DNA from: an uncultured Gammaproteobacteria bacterium
GTDB lineage: Bacteria; Patescibacteriota; Patescibacteriia; Patescibacteriales; UBA12075
Length of the DNA: 64,000 nt
NCBI GenBank assembly: GCA_964459725.1
Contig: CAYWNT010000001.1
Span: 155,529 to 219,528, forward strand
Direction of reading: 5' to 3'
Made by a program: the position numbers and the translations under genes. Under the pieces are notes generated by a model that did no database searches, was not told where the DNA came from, and saw nothing but the letters and a program-made list of their open reading frames with translations. Positions 52,881-62,183 of the stretch are shown one piece after another. The number at the start of each line of letters is the position of its first letter. Positions within the stretch are counted from its first letter, which is position 1.

Positions 52881-55800
52881 ATGCTTAATCCAATAAAAAC
52901 AACGGACTTTGATGCTATTAGGCTCAAATTAGCTTCTCCGGGAGAGATTGAAAAATGGTCTTATGGTGAAGTAGTTAGGCCCGAAACAATTAATTACAGA
53001 ACTCAGAAACCTGAGAAAGGTGGTTTATTTTGCGAAAAGATATTCGGCCCTTCAAAAGACTGGGAATGTTATTGTGGAAAATATAAAAAAATCAGATACA
53101 AGGGAATTGTATGTGATAAGTGTGGAGTAGAGGTTACCAGAAGTATTGTCAGAAGAGAAAGAATGGGTCATATCCACCTAGAAACTCCATGTACTCATAT
53201 TTGGTTTTTGAGAGGATTGTCTTCAAAAATCGGATTATTGCTTGGTTTGTCAATGCAGGCTCTGGAAAAGGTTGTTTATTTTGCCAATTTTATCGTAACA
53301 GATGTAAATGAAGAATTGAAAACTGCTACTCTAGATCAAATCAAAACAGAGTTTACTCAGAAGAAAAAATCAATTGAAGGCGAATACAATAATCAATGCT
53401 CACAGTTGAAAAAGAAAGCAGGTGAGGCAGATAAGGCAGACTTGGACAATAACCTCGAAGCCTTGAAAAAAGCAAAAGATGAAAAACTGGAGAATCTTCA
53501 AAGTGCTTTTGATCAGGCGCAGAAAGAGTTAAAAGATCTAGCTCCTTTGATGATTTTGTCAGAAAATGATTATCAGAATTTAAGTTTAAAATATGGTCAT
53601 ATTTTTGAGGCTGGAATTGGAGCAGAGGCGGTAAGAAAACTTTTGGAAAGACTAGACCTGAAAAAAACTATAAAAACAATCGAAATCGAACTAAAAGAGG
53701 CAATAGAATCAAAGATAGAAAAACTGAACAAGAGATTAAAGCTCTACAAGAGTTTGGATGCTAGCAACATAAGGCCAGAGTGGATGATACTTGAAAATGT
53801 GCCAATTATTCCTCCAGATCTTAGACCTATGGTAGCCCTAGACGGTGGAAGATATGCTACAAGTGATTTGAATGATCTCTATAGAAGGGTGATAAATAGA
53901 AATAATAGATTGAGACAGCTCATAGAATTGAATGCGCCTGAGGTTATTTGTAGAAATGAAAAAAGAATGTTGCAAGAGGCTGTTGATGCTTTGATTGATA
54001 ATTCTGCCAGACATGGTAAAACCGTTATTGCTTCTACCGGACAAAAGAGAATGTTGAAGTCATTGGCTGACTCTCTAAAGGGTAAACAAGGAAGATTTAG
54101 ACAGAACTTGCTTGGTAAACGTATTGATTATTCTGGGCGTAGTGTAATTGTAGTGAATCCAAAATTAAAGCTGGATCAATGTGGTCTTCCTAAAACAATG
54201 GCGATCGAGCTTTTTAAGCCTTTTGTTATTAGTAAATTAATCGAAAGAGATATAGTTCATAATGTACGTAGCGCTTCACGGTTTATCGATTCTGGAGAAG
54301 ATATTGTTTGGGATATATTGGAAGAGATTATTGCCGGAGCATATGTACTATTGAATCGTGCTCCTACTTTGCATAGATTGGGTATTCAAGCCTTTAAGCC
54401 GATCCTTATTGAGGGTAAGGCTATCCAGATTCACCCATCAGTTTGTTCAGCCTTTAATGCTGACTTTGATGGTGACCAGATGGCTGTTCATGTGCCGCTT
54501 ACTAAAGAGGCAATTGACGAAGCAGCGAATATTATGATTTCCTCCAAGAACCTCTTGAAGCCAGCTACAGGAGATCCTGTGGTGGCGCCGAGTCAGGATA
54601 TCGTCTGGGGAGCTTATTATCTAACTGATGCTTTAGAAAAAAATCCAGACAAGGAAATAAAAGTGTTCTCATCAGAAAAAGAAGTTGATATTGCCTACAA
54701 GAGTAAAAAAATAAGTTTACAGGAATTGATCATGGTAAAGATTGATAAGATGGGTGTTATAGAGACTACTGCGGGCAGAGTAATATTTAATGATATATTG
54801 CCTGAAAAACTTAGATTTATAAATGAAGTAGTGAGCAAAAGCGATCTTGGGAAGCTATTTAGAAGTTGTTACAGATATTATGGTAATGACAGAACAGTAG
54901 AATTGGTTGATGAGTTGAAGGAAAAAAGTTTCCATTTCATTACTAAGAGTGGATTGTCATGGAGCATGGGGGATTTGCCTAAGTTTGATGAGAAAGATGA
55001 GCTCTTAGAAAAAACTCAAAGCGATGTAGAAAACATCCAAGAGCAATTTGATGACGGTTTATTAACAGAGAGTGAGAGATACGCAAAAATTATTGAGCTC
55101 TGGACTGCTGCCAAGGATAGGGTTACAGAAATTTGTAAAGATGGACTTACTAAGGATAGTCCGGTATTTTCGATGATTGATTCTGGCGCTAGAGGTAGTT
55201 GGGCTCAGCTTACTCAGATATTGGGCATGAAAGGTCTGGTGACTTCTCCGTCTGGAGATATTATTGAATTGCCGGTAAAGGGTAACTTCAAAAAAGGTTT
55301 TGGAGTACTAGAATATTTTATTTCTACTCATGGTGTGCGTAAAGGTTTGTCTGATACAGCGCTTAGAACTGCGAATGCTGGATATCTAACCAGACGTTTA
55401 GTGGATGTTGCGCAAGACATAATAATCGCCGAGGATGATTGTGGTGACACTGAAGGATTTGTTGTTACCAAAGAAGAGAGTGAAGAAATCGGACAAAATA
55501 TTGTAGATAAAATTCTTGGTAGATATTTGGCAGGTGATTTGAAAGACGCTAAAGGAAAAGTCCTCATAAAGAAAGGTGAGTTGGTGGATGAATCAATGGC
55601 TGAAAAGTTACAAAAGAAAGATATAAGAGAAGCCCACATAAGATCAGTGCTTAGTTGTAAGCTCTCTAGGGGTGTTTGCGCGAAGTGTTATGGATGGGAT
55701 TTGAGTCATAATGAATTGGTAAAAATTGGTACATCTGTTGGAATTATTGCTGCTCAATCTATTGGTGAGCCAGGAACTCAGCTTACTATGAGAACCTTTC

Positions 55801-56813
55801 ACACTGGTGGTATTGCTGGTGTTGAGGATATCACCCAAGGTCTTCCTAGGGTTGAAGAAATTTTTGAGTCTAGAACTCCGAAGAGAAAAGCAATATTGGC
55901 TGATGTGGCAGGCAAGGTGAAAATTGAGACAGCTCAGGTGGTAGCGGACGACGGAAGCGGAAAAGAAGTTGCTACTACTCCTCAAGGTAAGATTTTGAAG
56001 ATTTATTATGACGGCAAAGAAACAGACAAATACAGCATTACTGAAAAATTACAAAAGCATAAGCTAAAATCTGCTGCTGATGATAAAACCAAGAAAGCAA
56101 CTTTGAAAGATGTGAAGATAAAGGTTAAGGATGGACAGGAGATTTCAAAAAATGATGTTTTGTTTGTTATCAAAACAGATAAAGTGAAGGCAGATAGAGG
56201 CGGGGTAGTTCACGTTGATGGAAAAAACATTAAAGTGGAGGCAGATGCTAAGAAGGTGAAAGAGTTTGTCATTTCAAAGGGAACCTCTTTGCTGGTCAAT
56301 GATGGAGATGTTGTAAACATGGGTGATCAGCTAACTGACGGTAGTTTGGATCTTAAACATTTTTATTCACTCAGAGATAGATTGGCCACACAGAAATATA
56401 TTATCAAGGAAATTCAAAATGTATACTCATCTCAGGGTCAGCCATTGAATGATAAGCATATCGAGGTTGTAGCAAAACAGATGTTCTCACGTTTCTTGGT
56501 TAAAAATCCAGGAGATACTACTCTCTTGTCAGGGGAGGTTGTGGAGAGTGGAGTGGTTGATAGAGCGAATAAGGAGGTTGAAGACAAGAAGGGCGAGAAG
56601 GCAACAACCGAAAGACTGCTAATGGGCATTACTAAGGCTTCATTAACCACTGATAGTTTCTTATCTGCTGCTTCATTTCAGGAAACGGCTAGAGTTCTTA
56701 TCGACTCTGCCGTAAGCGGTAAGATTGACTACCTAGAAGGTTTAAAAGAGAATGTTATTATCGGTCGTTTGATTCCTTCAGGAACGGGTTATAGAAAGAA
56801 GGAGAAGAAATAG
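52881..56813 (+). CDS. rpoC: DNA-directed RNA polymerase subunit beta'
   Basis: Zn-binding CYCGKYK...CDKCGVEV, the catalytic NADFDGDQM motif, and the RpoC C-terminal blocks. Confidence 0.95.
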   Translation: MLNPIKTTDFDAIRLKLASPGEIEKWSYGEVVRPETINYRTQKPEKGGLFCEKIFGPSKDWECYCGKYKKIRYKGIVCDKCGVEVTRSIVRRERMGHIHLETPCTHIWFLRGLSSKIGLLLGLSMQALEKVVYFANFIVTDVNEELKTATLDQIKTEFTQKKKSIEGEYNNQCSQLKKKAGEADKADLDNNLEALKKAKDEKLENLQSAFDQAQKELKDLAPLMILSENDYQNLSLKYGHIFEAGIGAEAVRKLLERLDLKKTIKTIEIELKEAIESKIEKLNKRLKLYKSLDASNIRPEWMILENVPIIPPDLRPMVALDGGRYATSDLNDLYRRVINRNNRLRQLIELNAPEVICRNEKRMLQEAVDALIDNSARHGKTVIASTGQKRMLKSLADSLKGKQGRFRQNLLGKRIDYSGRSVIVVNPKLKLDQCGLPKTMAIELFKPFVISKLIERDIVHNVRSASRFIDSGEDIVWDILEEIIAGAYVLLNRAPTLHRLGIQAFKPILIEGKAIQIHPSVCSAFNADFDGDQMAVHVPLTKEAIDEAANIMISSKNLLKPATGDPVVAPSQDIVWGAYYLTDALEKNPDKEIKVFSSEKEVDIAYKSKKISLQELIMVKIDKMGVIETTAGRVIFNDILPEKLRFINEVVSKSDLGKLFRSCYRYYGNDRTVELVDELKEKSFHFITKSGLSWSMGDLPKFDEKDELLEKTQSDVENIQEQFDDGLLTESERYAKIIELWTAAKDRVTEICKDGLTKDSPVFSMIDSGARGSWAQLTQILGMKGLVTSPSGDIIELPVKGNFKKGFGVLEYFISTHGVRKGLSDTALRTANAGYLTRRLVDVAQDIIIAEDDCGDTEGFVVTKEESEEIGQNIVDKILGRYLAGDLKDAKGKVLIKKGELVDESMAEKLQKKDIREAHIRSVLSCKLSRGVCAKCYGWDLSHNELVKIGTSVGIIAAQSIGEPGTQLTMRTFHTGGIAGVEDITQGLPRVEEIFESRTPKRKAILADVAGKVKIETAQVVADDGSGKEVATTPQGKILKIYYDGKETDKYSITEKLQKHKLKSAADDKTKKATLKDVKIKVKDGQEISKNDVLFVIKTDKVKADRGGVVHVDGKNIKVEADAKKVKEFVISKGTSLLVNDGDVVNMGDQLTDGSLDLKHFYSLRDRLATQKYIIKEIQNVYSSQGQPLNDKHIEVVAKQMFSRFLVKNPGDTTLLSGEVVESGVVDRANKEVEDKKGEKATTERLLMGITKASLTTDSFLSAASFQETARVLIDSAVSGKIDYLEGLKENVIIGRLIPSGTGYRKKEKK

Positions 56814-56847
56814 TTTGATAACTTAGAATAATTGAACTCATATAAAA

Positions 56848-56880
56848 AAATCGCCATCCAATTGGATGGCGATTTTATTT
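56848..56880 (+). terminator. rho-independent terminator (usable from both strands)
   Basis: AAATCGCCATCCAA / TTGGATGGCGATTT perfect palindrome flanked by A-run and T-run. Confidence 0.85.
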
Positions 56881-57043
56881 TAGTGTAATTTGTATAGTAT
56901 TAAAAACTCTAAGCACTAAATTATAAACTCTAAACAAAACTTAAATTCAAATTTTCAAAACTGGAAATTGTAAACAAATTTTAAACATTTGGATTTTTGG
57001 TATTGGTATTTGTTTGTAATTTCGGCATTAGAATTTGGGATTT

Positions 57044-57982
57044 TTATCTACTTAGTCCATATTTCTCAATATTCTTGTCTGCCTGTTCTTGGATGAGTTT
57101 TATTTGTTTTTTTCCTTGTGTGGTTTTGAAGAGGTGGGAAAATCTTCCTTGTGCTTTCAGATAGTCGTCTACTTTTACTTTTTTGGCTGGCACGTTTAGT
57201 TTTTTTGTTAGCTCACCGTTTACATATTCAAGTAACGGGTAGAGACCAGTTTGAGCTGCTAGTTTTCCAATACCTACTGAGCTGTCTGATTTTACTCGCC
57301 ATCCAGGGATGCAAGGTGATAGGATTTGGATATAAGCAGGTCCTGGAGTTTCGATTGCTTTCTTTACTTTTGCTTCAATATCGCCTAGGTATCCGGTTGT
57401 GGATTGGGCGACATAATTTACTCCGTGAGCCAGGGCAATAGCGATCATATCTTTCTTTGGTTGGTGTGAGCCTATAGCATCAATTTGCTTACCCTTTCCT
57501 GATGGGGTAGTAGTGGTTGATGATCCCCATGGAGTAGCACCACTAGCTTGCATACCAGTATTGGAGTAAGCTTCATTGTCATAGCAGACGTAGAGGATAT
57601 CTTCTCCTCTTTCCCACATCCCACTGATAAGTCCGAAACCGATATCAAAAGTACTGCCGTCTCCTCCTTGAGCGACGACTTTTACTTTTTTGTCCTTTTT
57701 CTTCTGTTTTTGAGCAGCGAGTATTCCAGAGGCAACACCGGCAGCGTTTTCAAAAAGTGAATGAATCCAAGGCATGCCCCAAGCAGATTCAGGGTAAGGG
57801 GTGGTGGTTACTTCTAGACATCCTGTCCCATTGGCGATAATTGTGTCAGGTCCAAGTACATTGGCCACAGTTCGAGCAGCAATCAGCTGCCCACAACCAG
57901 CACAAGCCCTATGTCCATAGGATAGGAGGGGTTTTTGTTTTTTGACTGTAGTTTTCTTCTTCATTTTTGTTTTTGTTGTCAT
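57044..57982 (-). CDS. porB: 2-oxoacid (pyruvate):ferredoxin oxidoreductase beta subunit
   Basis: CAGCGQ, and the GGDGSTFDIGF ThDP-binding motif. Confidence 0.9.
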   Translation of the reverse strand: MTTKTKMKKKTTVKKQKPLLSYGHRACAGCGQLIAARTVANVLGPDTIIANGTGCLEVTTTPYPESAWGMPWIHSLFENAAGVASGILAAQKQKKKDKKVKVVAQGGDGSTFDIGFGLISGMWERGEDILYVCYDNEAYSNTGMQASGATPWGSSTTTTPSGKGKQIDAIGSHQPKKDMIAIALAHGVNYVAQSTTGYLGDIEAKVKKAIETPGPAYIQILSPCIPGWRVKSDSSVGIGKLAAQTGLYPLLEYVNGELTKKLNVPAKKVKVDDYLKAQGRFSHLFKTTQGKKQIKLIQEQADKNIEKYGLSR

Positions 57983-57995
57983 ATAATTATTAATT

Positions 57996-58211
57996 TTATA
58001 TTAAATTAGCTGGTATTATTTTTTTAATTTCTTTTATATTTTTAACGTTTTCTATCTGACCAATGAACTTTGATGCATCCAGAATTTCAATTAGAATTGG
58101 TTTACCGGTGGGGGATAGATGAATCAGAAAATTACCAAATTCTTTGGTATTGACTATCTCTCCTTTGGCTACTTCTATTGATAAAATGTTTGACTCAATA
58201 TCGTAAATCAT
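57996..58211 (-). CDS. DUF2283-like small protein (putative antitoxin partner)
   Basis: YDIESNILSIEV...GKPILIEILDAS pattern (from memory of DUF2283). Confidence 0.65.
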   Translation of the reverse strand: MIYDIESNILSIEVAKGEIVNTKEFGNFLIHLSPTGKPILIEILDASKFIGQIENVKNIKEIKKIIPANLI

Positions 58212-58268
58212 AATAAAATTTTTATATAAACTTTCAACTTTACGGACTTTACAGACTTTCGACTATTT

Positions 58269-58487
58269 TTATTTCTTAACAGGATAAAAGGTGCAAATTT
58301 TAGAAACTTTTCCTTCTTTTTTGTAAAGCACCTTAATCCCATCTTTTTCTGCAGTTAGGTATTTCTCCTTCTTGTCAGTTTTGTCAGGCAACTTAACCGT
58401 ATCTTCAATCTGCTCACGCGTAAAAAAGACCTTATGTTTATTTAATATATCAAATTTTTGTTCTGCGTATTTTGTGAAGTGGAGCAT
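58269..58487 (-). CDS. DUF4258-like small protein (putative toxin partner)
   Basis: 72 aa. H-x-x-x-A-x-x-(K/R) start (HFTKYAEQKFDI) and a C-terminal TFYP. Pairing with DUF2283 is a common arrangement (from memory). Confidence 0.55.
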   Translation of the reverse strand: MLHFTKYAEQKFDILNKHKVFFTREQIEDTVKLPDKTDKKEKYLTAEKDGIKVLYKKEGKVSKICTFYPVKK

Positions 58488-58492
58488 ATCGA

Positions 58493-59296
58493 TTATTGTG
58501 GGTTAATTCCGATACATGTATTACCATTCCATTCGCAACACGGAGTAAGTTCGCACACTTGTTGCGTGTTATTAACAATTGGCTGACTACAATTTTGTTG
58601 ATTTATAAATTGGTTTGAACATCCAGTTTCTATTGTGTGACATTCACAGCAAATTTCGGAATTGTCTGTTGAAACATTATAATTCCGGAGACCAAATTGG
58701 TTACACTGTGCATTGCAGAATTGTTCTTGTATTTCAGCGATATCACTGGGGCTAGGTAAACAATTAGATGTTGCTTCGTTGCTATCCGATATTGGTATAC
58801 ATTTATACTTTGGGTCACCATTTGTTTTACTTATTTCACATTTTTCTGCACTATTACAATTCTCTGTGCCACAATTTTTAATCTCAATCTTTTTAAAAAC
58901 AGTCAAATCAGGATTTACTGTGTATAGAATTAAATATGAACAGGTGACAAGCACCATTCCACTTAGGGCGCCGCCTATCCATTTCTTCGCTTCTCCTACA
59001 GCCTCGGCGTTCCCTCCTGCTGTAATCCATCTCACACCTCCAAACATCATTATTATAGCCGCCAGTATTCCCACAACACCAGTAGCGTAGTTGTAAATTC
59101 CGCTAATATATTCTCCAATTGCTTTTCCACTCTTTATGTCCATTTTGTTTCCTCCAGGAATTGGCACTTGAAGCTCAAAATTATCGATTGCATCTCCTTC
59201 AGCCAGACCTATTTCAGGCAGAAAAATAAATAATCCAAAAAGCAAAACAATAAGAAAAGACAGTGAGAATATTTTTTTGTGAAGCCCTTGATTCAT
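58493..59296 (-). CDS. TrbC/VirB2-type (T4SS pilin-like) protein with Cys-rich C-terminal extension
   Basis: Signal/TM segment, then ILAAIIMMFGGVRWITAGGNAEAVGEAKKWIGGALSGMVLVTCSYLILY (pilin-like hairpin). A roughly 130-aa tail with about 16 Cys follows. Confidence 0.6.
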   Translation of the reverse strand: MNQGLHKKIFSLSFLIVLLFGLFIFLPEIGLAEGDAIDNFELQVPIPGGNKMDIKSGKAIGEYISGIYNYATGVVGILAAIIMMFGGVRWITAGGNAEAVGEAKKWIGGALSGMVLVTCSYLILYTVNPDLTVFKKIEIKNCGTENCNSAEKCEISKTNGDPKYKCIPISDSNEATSNCLPSPSDIAEIQEQFCNAQCNQFGLRNYNVSTDNSEICCECHTIETGCSNQFINQQNCSQPIVNNTQQVCELTPCCEWNGNTCIGINPQ

Positions 59297-59450
59297 ATTT
59301 TTATTTTAAACTAATAATATAAGAGATTCGATAAATTAATTTGGATAATTCCCATCCTTGGAGGGGAATGTTTATTTTTTGCCCAAAGGGCTGAGAAAAA
59401 TAGACTCGGGGTGGGTCAAGGATCGTTGAATTTTAACTATTTTATTGTTA

Positions 59451-59495
59451 ACCCACCCCGCCAGGCTTCGCCTGCCCGCCCCTCCGAGGAGGGGA
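59451..59495. repeat. GC-rich bipartite hairpin element, copy 3 (intergenic)
   Basis: ACCCACCCCGCCAGGCTTCGCCTGCCCGCCCCTCCGAGGAGGGGA. Its ACCCACCCC also pairs with GGGGTGGGT at 59408..59416. Confidence 0.85.
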
Positions 59496-59510
59496 CTTTC
59501 TTGGTGGTTC

Positions 59511-60728
59511 TTATCTTCCGATGAATTTAAGTTTATCGTCTTTTTGTCTCACAGTCTTGATTACCTTTTTAATCATGTTTCCTGTGATATCTCTTCCTCC
59601 TAGTCCTACAACAAATCCTTGTATCTTAGTCAGTGCTTTATTCTTGATGGCGGATTTAACGTCTAGGGTGAGTGGCCCATCAGTGGCGCCTAGAGAGACT
59701 GCTTTTTCTATAACTGCAACTTCTTTAGCATTTTTTACAATCTTTAGAACTTCTTCAGCTGGGAATGGGCGATAGGTTTTTATTTTTATAATTCCGGTGC
59801 CTGAGGTGATAAATTTCAGCTCGCCTGTCTTTGTGCTGTGTTCGTCAATGACATCCTTTATAGTTCCTGCAACAGATCCCATAGCGATCAATACCGTCTT
59901 TGGATTCTTTGGTCCATAGTATTCTATGAGGCCGTTGTTTACTTGAGATCTTTTTTCTTGTTTTTTTATGGCAGACGGCACTAGTTTTTTTAGATTTTCG
60001 TATTCTTTTAGAATTACTTTTTGACTATCTCTAAGGTCATTGTGTAGCTCTTCTCTGATTTCCATGTAGTGTGCCGGAGGGGCAAAGCAGCCAAAGGTAA
60101 CCGGGTTTTTCGGATCTAGATAATCTCCTTTTTTAGGCTTGTAGTCTGGAAGAAATTTTTTAATTTCTTTTTGAGTTGGAATAGAAACTCCTTCATAGGT
60201 ATGAGTGAGAACAAAGCCATCAATATTTATCATGACAGGAATTTTCAAACTCTCTGCAATTTTATAGGCTAAGATATGCTGCTCTATTGCTTCTTGGTGA
60301 TTCTCTGCAAAGAAATGAATCCAGCCGGCATCACGAATTGTCATAGAGTCTTGGTGATCATTCCAGATGGTGATTGGTGCTGATACGCCGCGATTGGCGC
60401 AAGTCACCACAATAGGGAGTCTCATGCCGGCGATGTTGAAAAGCACTTCTGTCATTAGAAGTATTCCTTGGGAACTGGTAGCTGTATAGGTTCGCACTCC
60501 GGAAGCGCTAGCTCCGGTAACGATAGAGGCAGCAGCAAACTCTGACTCTGCTCTTACGTATTCATAGCTAGCCTCCCCATCAGCCTTCAGTTTCGCCAAG
60601 TCCTCTACAATGTGAGTCTGAGGTGTAATAGGGTAGGCTGATATTACGGCTGGCTTGATGTTGTTTACTGTTTGGGCTATCGCCTGGGAACCCTCTAGGA
60701 TTTGAGATCGTTGGGTTTTTTTTGTCAT
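59511..60728 (-). CDS. porA: 2-oxoacid (pyruvate):ferredoxin oxidoreductase alpha subunit
   Basis: The N-terminal block GSQAIAQTV...ISAYPITPQT and a size of 405 aa fit PorA. Confidence 0.9.
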   Translation of the reverse strand: MTKKTQRSQILEGSQAIAQTVNNIKPAVISAYPITPQTHIVEDLAKLKADGEASYEYVRAESEFAAASIVTGASASGVRTYTATSSQGILLMTEVLFNIAGMRLPIVVTCANRGVSAPITIWNDHQDSMTIRDAGWIHFFAENHQEAIEQHILAYKIAESLKIPVMINIDGFVLTHTYEGVSIPTQKEIKKFLPDYKPKKGDYLDPKNPVTFGCFAPPAHYMEIREELHNDLRDSQKVILKEYENLKKLVPSAIKKQEKRSQVNNGLIEYYGPKNPKTVLIAMGSVAGTIKDVIDEHSTKTGELKFITSGTGIIKIKTYRPFPAEEVLKIVKNAKEVAVIEKAVSLGATDGPLTLDVKSAIKNKALTKIQGFVVGLGGRDITGNMIKKVIKTVRQKDDKLKFIGR

Positions 60729-60831
60729 ATTTTCTTTATTTAAGTTTAGTTTTTTTAATTAATTTAATTTAGAAATTTTCAATTACCAAATAACAATATT
60801 CAAACAATTTTCAATAATCAATTTTTTAAAA

Positions 60832-61224
60832 TTACTCCTTGGAGTTTTTATCAATTATTGATGAAAATATTTTTACCAGTTCGAATGATTCTTGAATTAA
60901 TGGTTGGATATCTTGTGAAAAATTTTGGTTTCCATGTAGTAATAATTCAAGCCAATACTTACTCTCTTTCGATTCTTTTCTTGAGATTCTAAGTCTGTGT
61001 AAAAAATCTTTTTTGCTAATTGCTTCGTTTGCCTCTCTGTAGTTTGCTCCTACGGAGCCTGTTGATCTTATAAATTGTTTTTTGTATTCAATGGTTTCGA
61101 TCGTATTGGGAATAATTTTTGACAAATTGAAACAATTCTTTGCAAAATTCAAAGTTCTTTCTTCGAGATCAAAAACTTTATTATTTGAATTATTGGTCAT
61201 TGCTTGGTGATTAATATTTGGCAA
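60832..61224 (-). CDS. four-helix-bundle protein (23S rRNA intervening-sequence protein family)
   Basis: Pattern QFIRSTGSVGANYREANEAISKKDFLHRLRISRKESKESKYWLELL. Confidence 0.8.
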   Translation of the reverse strand: MPNINHQAMTNNSNNKVFDLEERTLNFAKNCFNLSKIIPNTIETIEYKKQFIRSTGSVGANYREANEAISKKDFLHRLRISRKESKESKYWLELLLHGNQNFSQDIQPLIQESFELVKIFSSIIDKNSKE

Positions 61225-61235
61225 TTGATGATTAT

Positions 61236-61499
61236 TTATTTAGCTTCAAGCTTCATTTCAATGCATTTCACAGGGCATTCTGCGGCGCAAACTCCGCAGC
61301 CTTTGCAGTAATCATAATCAGTAATTGGTTTTTGTTTATCTTTGCCCTTTTTCATGGTTATGCATCCTTCAGGACATACCTTGGAGCATGTCCCGCAACC
61401 GATGCATTTATCAAAATTTGTTGATGGTATATAGGTGCGCCACCCGCCGGTTTTGTTATTTTTTGTAGAACCGGGTTTGGCTGTAACAGAAATTTTCAT
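61236..61499 (-). CDS. porD: 2-oxoacid:ferredoxin oxidoreductase delta subunit (2x[4Fe-4S] ferredoxin)
   Basis: CIGCGTCSKVCP and CKGCGVCAAECP. Confidence 0.85.
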   Translation of the reverse strand: MKISVTAKPGSTKNNKTGGWRTYIPSTNFDKCIGCGTCSKVCPEGCITMKKGKDKQKPITDYDYCKGCGVCAAECPVKCIEMKLEAK

Positions 61500-61570
61500 A
61501 TTTTTGTATTTTTTAAATAATATTGTATAAAATAATTCGAAGTGACTATAATTTATTTCAAGTGAATATG

Positions 61571-61618
61571 AAGTCAGAAAACTTTTGACTTTATGGACTT
61601 TATAGACTTTGGACTGTC
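61571..61618. repeat. GACTTT (reverse complement AAAGTC) repeat tract with leading hairpin
   Basis: AAGTCAGAAAACTTTTGACTT hairpin, then GACTTTATG, GACTTTATA, GACTTTG, GACTGTC. Confidence 0.85.
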
Positions 61619-61624
61619 AAATAA

Positions 61625-62167
61625 TTATAGTTTGTAGGCTGTTTCTATGGCTTTGATATTTTTGTTCACAATATCTAGTCCTTTGCTTTGGAATTTTTGT
61701 TTTATCGCTTTTTTTAGAGCATCCAGACCTACTAATTTTGTTCCACGAGCAAAAGCTCCGAGTATTATGGTGTTTACAATGTTTCTGCCCAAGATATCTA
61801 GAGCGATCTTGGTTGCATCAATAACATGAATATTTTCTTTTGGTAGTTTTAGGTTTAGTTCTTCTTTTGATTTGGCTGAATTTACTATGACAATTGTTTT
61901 GTCGTCACATCCCTTGGTCACATCTACAGTGTCTATTAATGTTGGATCTTGTATGATCAGAATATCGGGGGAGAGGACATGCTCTCTGGTGCGGATTGGG
62001 CTTTTGTCAATTCGAGCAAATGCTTCAATCGGAGCACCTGTTCGCTCAACGCCAAAAGATGGAAAAGCTTGAGCTTCCCAGTTGTCGTTAAAAGCTGAGA
62101 TAGCGATTAATTCTGCTGCGGTAACAACGCCTTGTCCTCCGCGGCCGTGTATTCGTATTTGGTACAT
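61625..62167 (-). CDS. porG: 2-oxoacid:ferredoxin oxidoreductase gamma subunit
   Basis: IRIHGRGGQGVVTAAELIA. Confidence 0.9.
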   Translation of the reverse strand: MYQIRIHGRGGQGVVTAAELIAISAFNDNWEAQAFPSFGVERTGAPIEAFARIDKSPIRTREHVLSPDILIIQDPTLIDTVDVTKGCDDKTIVIVNSAKSKEELNLKLPKENIHVIDATKIALDILGRNIVNTIILGAFARGTKLVGLDALKKAIKQKFQSKGLDIVNKNIKAIETAYKL

Positions 62168-62183
62168 ATTTTATTAAATTTTC

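Noticed and set aside
56900-57043. Possible heptamer repeats in the rpoC/porB convergent spacer (TAAACTC, TAAACAA, TTGGTAT).
   Set aside because: The periodicity is weak and the units are poorly conserved, so I could not define arms or a core with confidence.
60832-61224. The four-helix-bundle protein might be an Avd-like accessory gene of a diversity-generating retroelement.
   Set aside because: There is no reverse transcriptase gene in the window, and I could not find a template/variable repeat pair with adenine-specific differences.
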